DNA from: Nemertoderma westbladi
Lineage: Eukaryota; Animalia; Xenacoelomorpha
Reading direction: 5' to 3'
NCBI GenBank assembly: GCA_032718475.1
Contig: JAUCBJ010008780.1
Location: 19,270 to 83,269, forward strand
DNA length: 64,000 nucleotides
Made by a program: the position numbers and the translations under genes. This document shows positions 24,077-36,849 of this stretch, one piece after another; position 1 is the stretch's first letter; every line of letters starts with the position of its first letter. Below the pieces are notes generated by a model. It searched no databases. It was not told the DNA's origin and was given only the letters and a program-made list of their open reading frames with translations.

Positions 24077-25453
24077 GTTTAGCTATACAGTTGAATGTCT
24101 ACTACTATAGTTTCAGTTAAAGCAAGTCTGGTAATTCAGTATGACCGCAAGCCTAGCGATTTATTACCGGTACCGTTACTCAGTGTAACGTGATATATAT
24201 ACAATATATTAGAATACCGGTATGCTTATAATATATATAAGTATTATTACAGACTAGATTTGTCACAGAGTACCGGTATATAAGTTTAGCACAAATATAT
24301 ATAAATATATAATAGGCCTATCGTGAATACCGGTATACAGTTTACACTTATAGTACTGTAGTATATATAAGTATAATTATGAACTAGAATTTATTACAGA
24401 GTACCGGTATGATTTTAGCTCAAATTTATAGAAATAAATATAATAAGCCTATGGTAAGTACCGGTATGTCAATTATTTTTAGAATAATTGAATTCCTGAA
24501 TATTTTTGGGTTACTTAGCTACTTTAACTTACTTTATTACCGTTATTTAAGCAGTAGTCCAACTGATAGTGAGACCTAGTTGTTGTATGACAGGCCTACT
24601 ATTTATAAATCGTTTGAGTTGATTTATAATATTTATATACCCGTTTAAAATGGGTTTTGTCAATATTTGAAATAAATGTTATTATTTCTGGGGGAGTCAC
24701 TACACAGAAGCTGTGCGCTCTCAGTGAAGTGCTATTTATTTGACACTAAAACTGATAATTCTAATTTACCTAAGTTACTTAATACTACAAATTACTTACG
24801 ATACGGGTGAGATTAATTCTCTAATTAAAACACAACAAAATATTACGTACGAAATTTTGTAGGGTAATTTTAAAGGAAGTCTACAAACCAGCCTAACAAA
24901 GGGTTAGATTTCTGGTTATTACAACGGACAGGGTACTACGGTATTTGAATAATAAGTAGTAGTAAATATATTGCACTGTCTAGATAGGAAAATACCACCG
25001 CCTGACGACCTATAACCGTATCACTAAAGGTACTACGTTATGTATCACGGATTGTTCCTACCCAGAAGCTAATAGAGCTAACGAATGTGCCTATCAACCA
25101 CTTTACAACACAAATATACTGCCTACACTAATTACTTCGGAAAGCACTGTACACTAAACCCTAAATTAGGTACAAGTACCGGTATAACAAATAATCAGTA
25201 GTTAAATATACTTGAACAGTTAAAAGAACCACGGCATCTGCTGGAGTGACCAGGGCACAAAGTCACCAGTCTTGTCCTACGCCAAGCAGCCCGTGTAGTA
25301 CCGGGGTTAATTTAACTATAACAGTATGTATAACAAACACAATTACTGTAGGGATAAACTTGGGGACATGAATGTTGCGAATAATCGCATAAACTCTGAA
25401 CAATAAATATTACGCTACCCGCACAGAATACTCAAACGAAATACAAACCAAAC

Positions 25454-25920
25454 GCTGGCAGACTACTATCAAGCCTAAACAAACTACAGTATGTGCAGAT
25501 TCTGAGACTGTTAGTTAGTATGCGTTCTAACACGGTAGTACGACTTATTCTTTAAGAGGGGATTGACCTTACAGCATATGGCTGCCCCAACTTACTAACG
25601 GCACTTTATCAGACCAACTCTACACACGCAGCAATCCCTTCAGACCTAAGAATAGCTAGACAACAATCCAGCCTACAAAATATTTGAGTAATAACTATTA
25701 CGGTACCTGAACAGACCACACAAACAAACACAGGCTAAAACACTGGCAGACTACGATCAAGCCTAAATAAACTACAGAGTATATGCAGATTCTGAAACTG
25801 TTAGTTAGTATGCGTTCTAACACGGTAGTACGACTTATTCTTTAAGAGGGGATTGACCTTACAGCATATGGCTGCCCCAACTTACTAACGGCACTTTATC
25901 AGACAAACTCTACACACGCC
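25454..25920. repeat. ~180-bp direct duplication in the 5' leader of element B
   Basis: CTGGCAGACTAC...ACTCTACACACGC at ~25455-25630 and ~25743-25919. Confidence 0.85.
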
Positions 25921-26145
25921 GCAATCTCTCCAAACTCAACAACAGTCAGACAGCAACTCAGCCTACAGTTATCTGAACAATCTGAGCAGACTTACACGTC
26001 TTCAGCTCAATATTAACTTACTAGGAAATAAAACCGACAGAAATAAGTAAGCTCCAAAAGAAACAAGGGGTGTACAGTCCCTAATCTCTTAAACAGCCTA
26101 CCGGTATACAATAATCAAAATCGAATAATACTAAATGTACTTATA

Positions 26146-26275
26146 GAGCAGTACCGGTTAGGACAGTTGGGCCTACAGACCTACAGAAGTACCGGTTCTG
26201 GCAGTTGGACCTACGGACCTACAGCAGTACCGGTTCTGGCAGTTGGGCCTACTGACCTACAGAAGTACCGGTTCA
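26146..26275. repeat. ~37-bp tandem repeats containing GTACCGGT in the leader
   Basis: AGTACCGGTT..G.CAGTTGG.CCTAC.GACCTACAG units, 3-4 copies. Confidence 0.8.
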
Positions 26276-26330
26276 GGTTTACCGGTCACTACGGTATTTT
26301 GCAACCTTATTGCCTACTGCAATAAGATCG

Positions 26331-26341
26331 ATAACTGTTAC
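26331..26341 (-). promoter_or_regulatory. Non-canonical primer-binding site (GTAACAGTTAT), complementary to LTR-internal ATAACTGTTAC
   Basis: Abuts the 5' LTR end, no TGG; 11/11 inverted match to 27095-27105. Confidence 0.55.
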
Positions 26342-27552
26342 TGTTCGCGCTTTTGAAGACCTTTAGCAGTTTAACCTGCCAAAATTTATATGTCTTTTAG
26401 TTAATTAAAACACCTTTAGCATACGACAATATTTTATGCTAATAAACAAAACATTAGCCGAAGTCAGCCCATGCGCGATCATTCACCCGATGGATCTACA
26501 CCCGGGAGGCTGAATTCGGATGCTTAAATTATATTATTGCAGTGTAAGGTTGCAGTGTGAACCTACTGTATTATTCGATAGATCGTTAATAATTAATCTC
26601 TGACAGATATTATTGGCTTTCGGGAAATATTAACAGTTCCTTTAGGACGTGGCGCTCTATCTATTTAAACAGAACTAGGACTTATACTAAACGCAACGAT
26701 ACCGCTTATGATTAAAGTATAAGGCGTATTCTTTAGGAAATACTTTGTTACCAATCACAATCATGTACACTATTCTGCCGACCGTCAGTATATTTGACCA
26801 CACATAAAGAGAGCAGCAATTGACTCATGTAGGGTCTGCTAAATAACATTAGATTCAATACACACCACATTAATATAAATCGCAATTGTTATGTATAGCC
26901 TGTCTCTCTAACCTGTAGTGTATCAAGAAAATTGGGAATTTTGGGTGATTTATCCGTATTCTTCAAAGAGCAATAATTCATCAACAAATAGATACAATTA
27001 ACAACTGACGGTAAATAACAGTACAAACAATATGATTAGTGCAGTTAAATTAAATGATTGAGACTCGTTAAATTCGTTAGTTAAGTGAGTTAAGGTAACA
27101 GTTATACTTTCGGTAATTTAAGCAGTTTTACTAAAGTTCTTCCCAAAAGCCGGTGTTATGGCGAAAAATGGGAACACAACAACAGAATCATATAAAATCA
27201 TATGACTACTTGACTATACGAGGATACCAACTACCCTTATTCCCCGAGGCTCCCGTCCAACACAGAGGATGAGCATACAGATAGGAAATTCAGTTCAGTA
27301 GCTCTGGGATAGGTCAAAATCAACGCCCACTCAAATTCTATTGGCCGATACGGACAGCAAGGCTAAGGCAACCTCCCTAAGCTGGTTGGCCGCCGATCGA
27401 ACAGAACCCAGATACTCTCGTACAGCCCATCAGCCAATAAGCTGGTAGCTTGCACTATTTTACCTATAGCTCCCTTTTAGAGTATTCTAGCGACCGGGGG
27501 GGAACTGGCCAGCAAAGGCAAACTTATCAGTTATCCCACAAAAGCTTTTACA
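26342..27552 (-). repeat. 5' LTR of element B
   Basis: Direct repeat of 13408-14618. Confidence 0.97.
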
Positions 27553-30500
27553 CTAATTCTAATCCCAGCAGACAAGAACAAGGTAAAGCCCAATCTGGCG
27601 CACGAGTACGCATATCGGAGGCAACAATACCATAAAGGCCTCAGGTAAGAACACCCATTCCTACGATCCATAATCCCAATATTTTGCATTCGGTCGAAAG
27701 ATTTACAGAGGAAGCTTGGATTAGAGCTTCAACGCGTAAACCAATACGAGCGCCGAGAAACGACACTGACTCGAGTGAAGAAGAGGAAGATTTGAGGCGT
27801 CAGAAGTCCCAAAACTGGAAGGAAAGAAGGACTAACGCGGAACAAGTAAGTATGAACCCTCGGGAAGGGACCAGTCTTAACAATCCTGCAGAGTTGACCA
27901 ACTTGATGCCCCGAAATAAAGATACCCTCAGGGACATTGGTAAGTTTGCTGCCAGGCAGGGTTTGCCGGCACAACAACCCCAGAAGTTTATGGGCAACAA
28001 CAAACATTGGAGGACGTTTAAGATGTATGTCGACAAGCAGTTGACGAATAGTACCTTTACTCCCAATGAGAAATTCAATTACCTATTACAAATGCTCCAT
28101 AGAGAACCGAGAGCCATTGCCGATACCTTCGTCGGCAATGAAAGAGCATTCGAACTAGCAATGAAGACACTTAGCGACATTTATGGGAATAAAACCAAAA
28201 TGGCGCAGTCGATAGTTGAAGATTTGGGTAAGGGCGGAAAAATTATGACCCCTTTGGAGCTGTTGAACTTAGCCAACGCCATCTCGAACGCTTTGGATAT
28301 TTTAAAGACGGTGAATCTACCTCATCATGGTGATCATGCGGAAGTCTTGAAGAGTATAATAAGACGCCTAAAAATGCGTTGTAGACAAAAGTGGCAAAAA
28401 CTAGAAAATAAACTGGAGGGTCAGGACAATGTGTTGACTCTCAGACTTATTCATGATATGATAGCCACAGACGCGGTAGCAGAGATGAAGTCGAATTTTT
28501 CAGAAGAAAACATGAGAGAGACCAAGCCTGTTATCGGAAGGTCAATGGTGAGGTTTGATGAGGACAAATCAACTGTAACGTTTAACTCAATAGACAAATA
28601 CAATCCAAGTCCAAGTAGCTTCATCCTAGGGTCAGATAGACCCAGGACAAAGCAACAGGAGTTGCCGGACGGTTTTGTAGGTTGTCAATTCTGCCTACTA
28701 AAGGAGGTAAGATCAGATGACCATAAGTTAGAGAGCTGTAGACGCTTCAAGGAGCTGACTTCAGAACAGAGGAGGGTTCAAGTGCGGTCATTAGACACCT
28801 GTTGGGCATGCCTTGCCCCAGCTCATGTACGGCGCCAGTGCCCAAACAGTAAAGACGGACGTGTGGAGTGTGGCAGATTACATCACAAGCTGCTACATGC
28901 GGATTTCCATGCTCCAACAGACCGTTATTTACAGTGGAATCCTCAAAGGAAGGGAAGCTTAATACCCGCAACAATAAGGAAGAATACCTACGCCGGCATC
29001 CTAGACAATGGATATCAACCAGGTTCATCGGATGAGGACGGTGAAGCGAGCGCGAGGGAGGTAACTTGCGAGGGATTTACCATCGATAGCTTGTCAACCA
29101 GCGCGAGGACGTATTTATCATCGGCCACGTCAGAAATATTCAGCATGATACCGGTGAAACTTACTGGAGACAAAGGGTTGAAAAGAATATATGTAATGTT
29201 GGACACCTCTTCCACATTATCATATATAGACGAGGAAGTGGCGAGGGCTGTTTCCAGCTTCCAGGATGCTGAGGAGATAAAGATAAGTAAAAATCCATGC
29301 ACAGGGTAGGAGATGTCAAAGGACATAAGATTTCTGTCGAAATAGACTCCCTACTTCCGAGAGAAGAGCACACTCGCCAGGAAAGGAGAGCTTTGCCGCT
29401 GGATGGGTTTAAATGTTTGGCTATGAAGGGGTTCGGAAGGCAGTTAGGTAAGGTGCCACTAATGAGTCCCATAGCACAAGAGTATTTTGACGAGCTCAAA
29501 ATACCAAGACACCAGATAGGTTATAGAAATGTGTCTATGTTGATTAGAGAGGAACAGCTAATCACGCACCAAATATGGGAAATGAGACCAGTTGAGCCAT
29601 ATGTAAATGGGCCACACGCCCATAGGACCATACTAGGTTGGTATACACGCATACCCATTCCATACGAGTTTCCAGGTGGCGACAAGCTGAAGGATGGACA
29701 CGACGATTCGCAGTCTACATCACAGCCATCGTTAGTAGAACCACCAGATGTTGACGACTTTATGAGAGCCTGTATTGATCACTACAGCGACTTTAGCGAG
29801 TCGGAGGTGGAGTTGAGTCCTGATAATGTTAGATTATTGGAACCGCTCTAATACAACCGAACAGATAGTGAACCCGAGGACTACTGCTATCAGACCCATG
29901 GGTCTGGTTCAGTCTCCCACGCCACTTATTTGAGTAACGTCTTGACATATACCAATATAGTGGAAGGACAGGTGGCGAAATTTCGAGACCTCGACAATTT
30001 CCAATTCAACGAAGAGGAGTTGCAAAAGGAATTGATGCAGCAAGACCTCGAGACAGGAGCTAGAACCATCGAATGGTTGGACAAAGACGTGATGGAACCT
30101 GGTGGATATGACTTAACTATGTCTACAGACTAGTAAAGATCTCTGGAGATGATGGAGGACACAATATGCCTGTTACCAACAGCACACTTCGAGGTTGGAA
30201 TGTTGTGGCGTCGGCAACCCCCTAAATTGGAAAATAACTACAACCTAGCTTTGAAAAGATTAACCGGAGTAAGAGCGCAGTTGTTGAAGAATCAGGATAT
30301 TAGGGAGAAATATTGCGCCCAAATTAACAACTATCTAACCAAGAGATTTGCCAGGAAGGTAGAGAACCCCGACATTGAGACGGACCAGACTTATTATCTC
30401 CCGCACCATTATGTAACCCACCCTGATAAACCAAACAAGGTACGAGTAGTTAATGACTACGTAGCAGTCTATAAAGGTATGTCTTTAAACTCCGAACTAA

Positions 30501-32760
30501 TGGATGGTCCTAATCTCAACAACTATTTAATAGGGATACTGTTACTCTTTAGACAGCGCCGATTTGCCTTCACTTGTGACATCGAGGCAATGTTCTACCA
30601 GGTGAGAGCCTGCAAGGCGGACCAAGATAGTCTCAGATTTCTCTGGTACGAGAATGAGGACCTATCAGGCCCAGTAGTTACATACCAGATGTACGTCAGA
30701 ATATTCGGTGCCCGCGACAGTCCCAACGGCACGCTGTTTGTCTTAAAGAAAACGGCGACAGCCCAGATTGGAAATTACCCGGTAGACATAATCGAGTCCA
30801 TCTTAAGAAACTTTTATATGGACGATGGGTTGGTGTCAAAGGACACGGCAGAACAAGCCATAGATGTGGCTCACGGTCAACAGGAGTGCCTGGCTATGGG
30901 AGGGTTCCCGCTAACCAAGTTTACCACCAATTCGGAGGCTTTATTGGAGTCATTCCCGGTGAAAGATCATGGGAGCGGAGACATCAAGTTGGGTGTAGAA
31001 CCCATCCCTATGGCGCGAGTACTGGGACTCAGATGGAATCCGAACACGGATAAATTTCAGGTGAGGGTAAGATTTGAGCCCAGTAGCCCAGACAAAACCT
31101 TGACTAAGAGGATCTGCTTGTCGACCATGAGCAGACTATTTCACCCGATGAACTTTATCAGTCCAGTAATATTACAAGCACGAATATGTATGAGGAAAAT
31201 ATGGCTGTCCGACTTAGAGTGGGACGAGCCGATATCCCCAATACACGCGAAGCAGTGGAGAGAGTGGGAAGCCGAGTTGCATCTATTGAAAAATATAGAT
31301 GTACCCCGCTCCTACTTTCCAAATCAGCTGGTATTTCCAGCTGTTTAGAGCTGCACTTATTCAGCGACGCAAGTGACACTGGCTTTGGTATGGTAGCCTA
31401 CCTTCGCCGAGAGGGAAGTCAGGATAAGTTTTAAACGGCCTTTGTTACTTCTAGATCAAAGACAATGCCAATCAAATACATGACTGTCCCTCGTGCAGAG
31501 TTGCAGGCAGCAGTAGTATAGGTCGAGGTAAGTAAACAGATAAGGGATGACTTAGACACGACCTTGACATTATTCTATTGGACGGACGCATCTTTGGTGC
31601 TAGTGTATATTGCAGCTGATAATATCGCACTAAAGACATTTGTAGCCAACAGACGTGCCCAGATCGTTGACTTTTCAATGAAGGAGCAATGGAGACATTG
31701 TCCAGGAGTGTTAAACCCCGCCGACATAACTTCACGAGGTGCCATGCCATCAGAATTCTGTCAGGAAGATTCCCAGGAGTTTTGGTTACATGGACCGGAT
31801 TTTCTGACAAGGACACAGGAACATTGGTCACAGATGCTGAAGATTGTTACCAATCCGATGCCGATAGACGCAGAGGTCAAGTTAGCTAAGGTTTCCAAGT
31901 CCAAGTCGAAGGCCAGACTAGAATCACTGTAGCGGCCTGAGGAATCATTGGAGCGGCCTGAGGAATCATTGGAGTGGCCCTGAGACTTGTCGGACCAAGA
32001 GACATATGTGACTACAAGGTCCGGAAGGGTAAGTTATGACATAAAACCACCCTTACAGACTGCCCAATGTTCACAGTTTGTAAGTGACGGACAGCAAATA
32101 ATCACAAAGGTGGAGCCTTTGGTTTACAGATCTGCGGATTTGGATTCGAAGATTCCATTAGCAAATACGCAACCGTCACCAACACTAGAGCCATGTAGTA
32201 TTTATGACAAATTGATAAAATTGTCCGCCTCTTGGCTGACGATTTGTAAGAGAACCGCGTGGTTGAGCCGATATGTTTCGTCCCTTTATTTAAAATATAC
32301 GAAGCATTTAGGAGATTAAACAAGTACTAACAGTGAGCGAATTCGGAAGTTGAAACAACCTCTGACAGAGACTGAGATCGATCAAGCGGAATTAAAACAT
32401 TTGAGACATTATCAAATGTGTTCCTTCCCAAAATAATTCAATCTATTATCGGCTCAACAACCAGTTCTTTATAAACCCCTCAGGAGGTGGAGTCCACTAA
32501 TACATAAGAGTTTGATTTGTCATAGATCATAGATCATCTGTTACAGCCAAGCAAGGCGGTAGGTACAATGTACAACGCATGTCTGGTTTGCAAGAGAGTA
32601 AACGCCAGAGTATTGAAACAGGAAATGGCTGAACTCCCGAAAGCGAGAGTACAGGCATACGATCCACCCTTTATGAACACGGGAGTGGATTGTTTTGTCC
32701 CGATTGAGGCAAAGAGTGGACGACTGATGTTACGATATATGGCGCTGTGTACTACTATCA
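27553..32760 (+). pseudogene. BEL/Pao element C gag-pol remainder (gag, PR, RT, RNase H, partial IN), decayed
   Basis: KFMGNNKHW, zinc knuckles, MLDTSS, YLPHH, CDIEAMFYQV, FYMDDG, LHLFSDAS, NPADITSRG, GVDCF; multiple stops, frameshifts and a deletion. Confidence 0.92.
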
Positions 32761-33075
32761 GCCCATTATACAGTATAAAATATTTAGATAAGTCATAATG
32801 ATGTACGGCCGTAATTAGATAGGGCAATAAAATATCCAGTTTATATATTTCATCCGTTTTTTGTATAGTATGTAGTTGGAGTACATAATTTTGTAATAAA
32901 ACCTTAATAAATAACCTTATTAGTGGCAAACTCCTATAAAACCTTAATACGAATTTGCCGTTTATCTATATTAACTGAATTAATTGTGCATTTGTGCTAA
33001 TTTCCATTTATATTTCCCTCTAAATTGGCTTTATATCGAATTGTGCTTAATGTACTTTAATAATCACAAAATTAA

Positions 33076-34370
33076 TGTTATGGCCAGCAACCTATAAGCC
33101 CACCGGGACAGAATCATTACCTTATATGGTAATAATTTGCGATTTAAGGGGGAGAAGGAGCACAATCCGGCTTCCCTTTTGGCCCAGCTGTTCCAGGTTG
33201 GTCCAATGGCTTGTTGTACCAATGAGACGATTATTGCGTCATCCCTATTTCATCATCTATAAATTGGCCGTGTTCCGGTATGTGCTATGCAATATTTCCT
33301 TACCCTTATGTCCTTATTCTTTGCGATATAATGTGTAATTTCTTCTGCCCTTAATGCTGTTATTCTGCTTCTGTGTTTTGCTGATTATGAATTCTTTGCT
33401 TTTCTTTTTTTCAAGTACGTAAATTGTTGATAATGATTACTTCTTAAATACAATCTCGAACTATGATTTCTACATTTAATTCTTGATTTCTATGTAATTG
33501 AAATGCGATAATCCTACGGGATTTCTCTTAGACTGTCAGACTGTTTTGCGAATGCATGCGCCGATACGGTAGCTATTTGTTTTAACAGGGAGGGCTAAAG
33601 TACCGGTAGGTGCGGTGGGCGCACCGGGGGGAAGCGACGAAGGGAAGTGCAGAGGATCCAAAGCGGGGCGACACTGGCGGGGGCCACCGTTGCGGTCGGG
33701 GCTAGTCAGTTGAGGACCGGGGACCAGCCGCTGTTACAGTATTAGGGGGCTGACGATCCAGATTTTCGTCTCTACTTTGTAGTATTAGGGGGCAGAATTT
33801 GGGTTTAGTTAGGATTCCTATGTGTGGCTTTGTGTGACCTGTGGTTCGGTTCTTACACTGACTGTCTGAATGACTAATACTGGCATACTGATGTACTAAT
33901 GTACGGGTATTTAGTGTACTGGCTGATTGGTGATGTTAGCGCTATCTGCTGTACTACTAGCTTATTGCTACGCTATTTGTGTTGTGTTGCTAAAGAGGGC
34001 CTGAATGAATGTGAATGCTTAGATAGGCGCTGTTTCCTTGATTGATTTCCATTTCTTAGTTTATGTTTATTAATTGCTGATTAGGTCAAAATAATACAGT
34101 ATTTAGGCTGTTGCTAGTATAACCCAGTATGTAATAAATTAGAAGTACGTATTCTGGAACATCTAGTAATTTGTACGCAATTTTGTATTTGTGACTGTAA
34201 TTAATTTAGTGATATTAAATAAAATAAGAATTTGTACGCAGCATAGCGGAGAGTAGTTTAAGTGATTGTTTAGAATACTGTAGACTATTCACACTAGGCG
34301 GTTATTTGAAAATAGCGGGGCAACAGGCTGACATCAGTATCCAGTATACAGTAGTAAGTTTGCTGGTCTC
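33076..34370 (+). mobile_element. Possible LTR plus 5' leader fragment of another LTR element
   Basis: TGTTATGG start, CCAAT and CTATAAA motifs, GC-rich leader-like tract with GTACCGGT; no partner LTR in the window. Confidence 0.3.
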
Positions 34371-35424
34371 CGGTCAGGTCAGGTATTCTAGGTCATTGAT
34401 CAAGAAAACTTGCCACCTCCATGCAGCATAAAGGAGGTGCCACCTGTAGCTGCATAGACCCTCTTACTAGGGCAAATCTGGTCCTGTAACTAGGACCCCC
34501 TTCGTTCTGGGATAAGGACGCCCTTGGTCCTGGATTAAGGACCCATATACTTGGCTGCAGGGGTATATGGCCTGACCAGGCAGATGGTGATCTACCAATG
34601 GCTGGTCAGGAGTAGAGTGTTCTCATGTCCACTCTGAGAGCACTTCACTGCGACCTGCACCTGGCAGCAAGGGTACAGGGCATGACCCAGCAGATGAGCT
34701 GCAACAGCCAATGGTGGGTCATGTGCGCCAGAGTAGATATGGGTGATGGGCCTCATATCTGACTCCATTGCGACACCCACCCTGTGGAATGGCAAACCAG
34801 GGTGTGGTATTTGCCCCGAGAGCTGACTCGGCAAAAAAGCACCCCCCAACCCCCACTATGGATTACATTAGCAATGCGGAGGTCCGGCCACTAGAGGCCA
34901 GTGGAATTACCGGACACAATCGGCCTCACAGGCGTCAGTTAACTCCTGACCGGCTGCCTGTCTCACCCCCTACTGGAGAGAGAGCAGCCAACAATTCTTT
35001 GAGTCCCTTTCCTGATGACCTTTCTGGCCCAAACCCTGGGTCACCAGGAAGGCCAGATTGTGATGGGGAGAGGGATTCTGGAGTTGGAGGCTACTCTCAT
35101 GTTCCACCCCGACCAACAAAGCCATTGGTGAATCTGAGGCAAGTCACAAGACTAGCCTCAGTAAACACCCTAACACTCGGGTCCCCAATGCGACAAGGTG
35201 AGCTGACTGCCTTGGCAGATAAGCTTTCTCTTAGCGCAGTGGGTGTTCAAGAGCACCGAATGCAGACTGGACAGACTGATGAGGTTCTGATTAAGGACAT
35301 GGGGGGTGGTTGGCGACTCGCCCTCGCGTCAGCAGATGATAGTGGCAATGGTGGAATTGGTCTATTGATGAATCCAACTGCACATGCAGCATTGGACAAA
35401 ATAGACCAAATCTCTAACCGCATC
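34370..35424 (+). mobile_element. RTE-like LINE 5' end (structured 5' UTR plus start of APE endonuclease), truncated by the AGTAGT element
   Basis: RLASVNTLTL...VGVQEHR...GNGGIGLLM APE domain motifs in ORF 34768-35460. Confidence 0.8.
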
Positions 35425-36069
35425 AGTAGTAAGATGAACCCCTTTTCGGCGACAGTTTAGTCCCACTTCGCACCTTGGGTGTTAAGTAGGTCATTAATTA
35501 ATTAACCAATTAATTAATTGGTCGATTAAACAATTAATTAATTGTTTAATCAATCGATTTGTATCAAATAATGTTGCCAAAGGCAATTTAATTTGATACA
35601 AATCAATCAGATAGGGACGCGCGATGAATAAATTGTACTACAGCAAACGAAATATACAATACATAGGCACTGTCATACAATATACAATACATTTGTATTA
35701 TTTTTGCCATACAGTAGGTAAAGATAGAATTAAATATAAAGACACGAGCGGGGCCCAAAACATAAATTACCCACTCACGATAATAAAGTGGCCCAGTTTG
35801 GCCCCTGAGTCATCCCTCAATAATCTGTGGCTGTTGGGCTCTTATTAACCGTAGCATGACTAACCCAAACATCAATGCGTGAATGGGGCCTGCCTACAGA
35901 GCTTTAAATTATTCAAACCTACAGCTTCGTTATTACATCAATTCATCCAAGAAATTAGAATAAACATCTGCTCTTGCAATAGTTTGCATTCTTTCATATT
36001 GTATTGCGAAGCAGTTTACGCATGCATTAGCTCAACAACAAAGGCCATACCCAAACGCCATGTGTCAAG

Positions 36070-36138
36070 TCCATGTGAGGGTTGAACCCACGACCTATTG
36101 GAGATGTGAATTCAAAGCAACCACTACACCAAGGTGGA
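36070..36138 (-). ncRNA. tRNA-like Pol III unit (left arm copy)
   Basis: Inverted copy of 38544-38612. Confidence 0.55.
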
Positions 36139-36209
36139 ACAGTAACGTTTGAATTTGTTCGTTAACGTTCGAATTTGTAAGACTCTGATTTAAGACCTGA
36201 GGCACTCCC

Positions 36210-36440
36210 CACAACCACAGCCACATCCACAACCACAGCCACAGCCACAGCCACAGCCACAGCCACAGCCACAGCCACAGCCACAGCCACAGCCACAACC
36301 ACAGCCACAGCCACAACCACAACCACAGCCACAACCACAGCCACAGCCACAGCCACAGCCACAACCACAACCACAACCACAGCCACAACCACAGCCACAG
36401 CCTCAACCACAGCCACAACCACTGCCACAACCACAGCCTC
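36210..36440. repeat. (CACAGC/CACAAC)n hexamer array
   Basis: Direct observation. Confidence 0.97.
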
Positions 36441-36849
36441 ACCTTCACCCACTTTATTGTTAAATACGCCTGAGAAAAATTCAAGAAACATCTGGTTTAC
36501 AATAGATTATTCTTTTTTCACAACTCCATTCTAGCCTCCCTCTATAAAAGCCCCCATTCACCGCAACTGGTCATGTAAATGTTTACTGTTACTGTTTACT
36601 GTCTAAATGTTAAATGTAACTGTTTAACTGTTTTGATGTTCTTTGTTTAACCCCTATATTATTTATCCAAAGTTGAAAAAGAAAAATGAAATATAGTCGA
36701 CTATTTTCTTATTTTTAATATAGCAACATTGAAATATATATTTATAACATAACACATATACATATACATATAGCAGAGTAACATTTAAGATATAACACAT
36801 TGTAACACATAAGATATAACACATTGTAACATTTCATTCAATTGTCTAA

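Larger units (their letters stand above)
13408..27552 (-). mobile_element. Complete non-autonomous BEL/Pao LTR retrotransposon B (14,145 bp)
   Basis: Two 1211-bp LTRs (TG...CA; about 4 differences seen), 5-bp TSD CTAAT (13403-13407 and 27553-27557), PPT, gag-PR ORF, accessory ORFs. Confidence 0.97.

Noticed and set aside
34690-35060. Hammerhead-like CAGATGAG / CTGATGA motifs in the RTE region
   Set aside because: No stem II-GAAA or stem I/III pairing.
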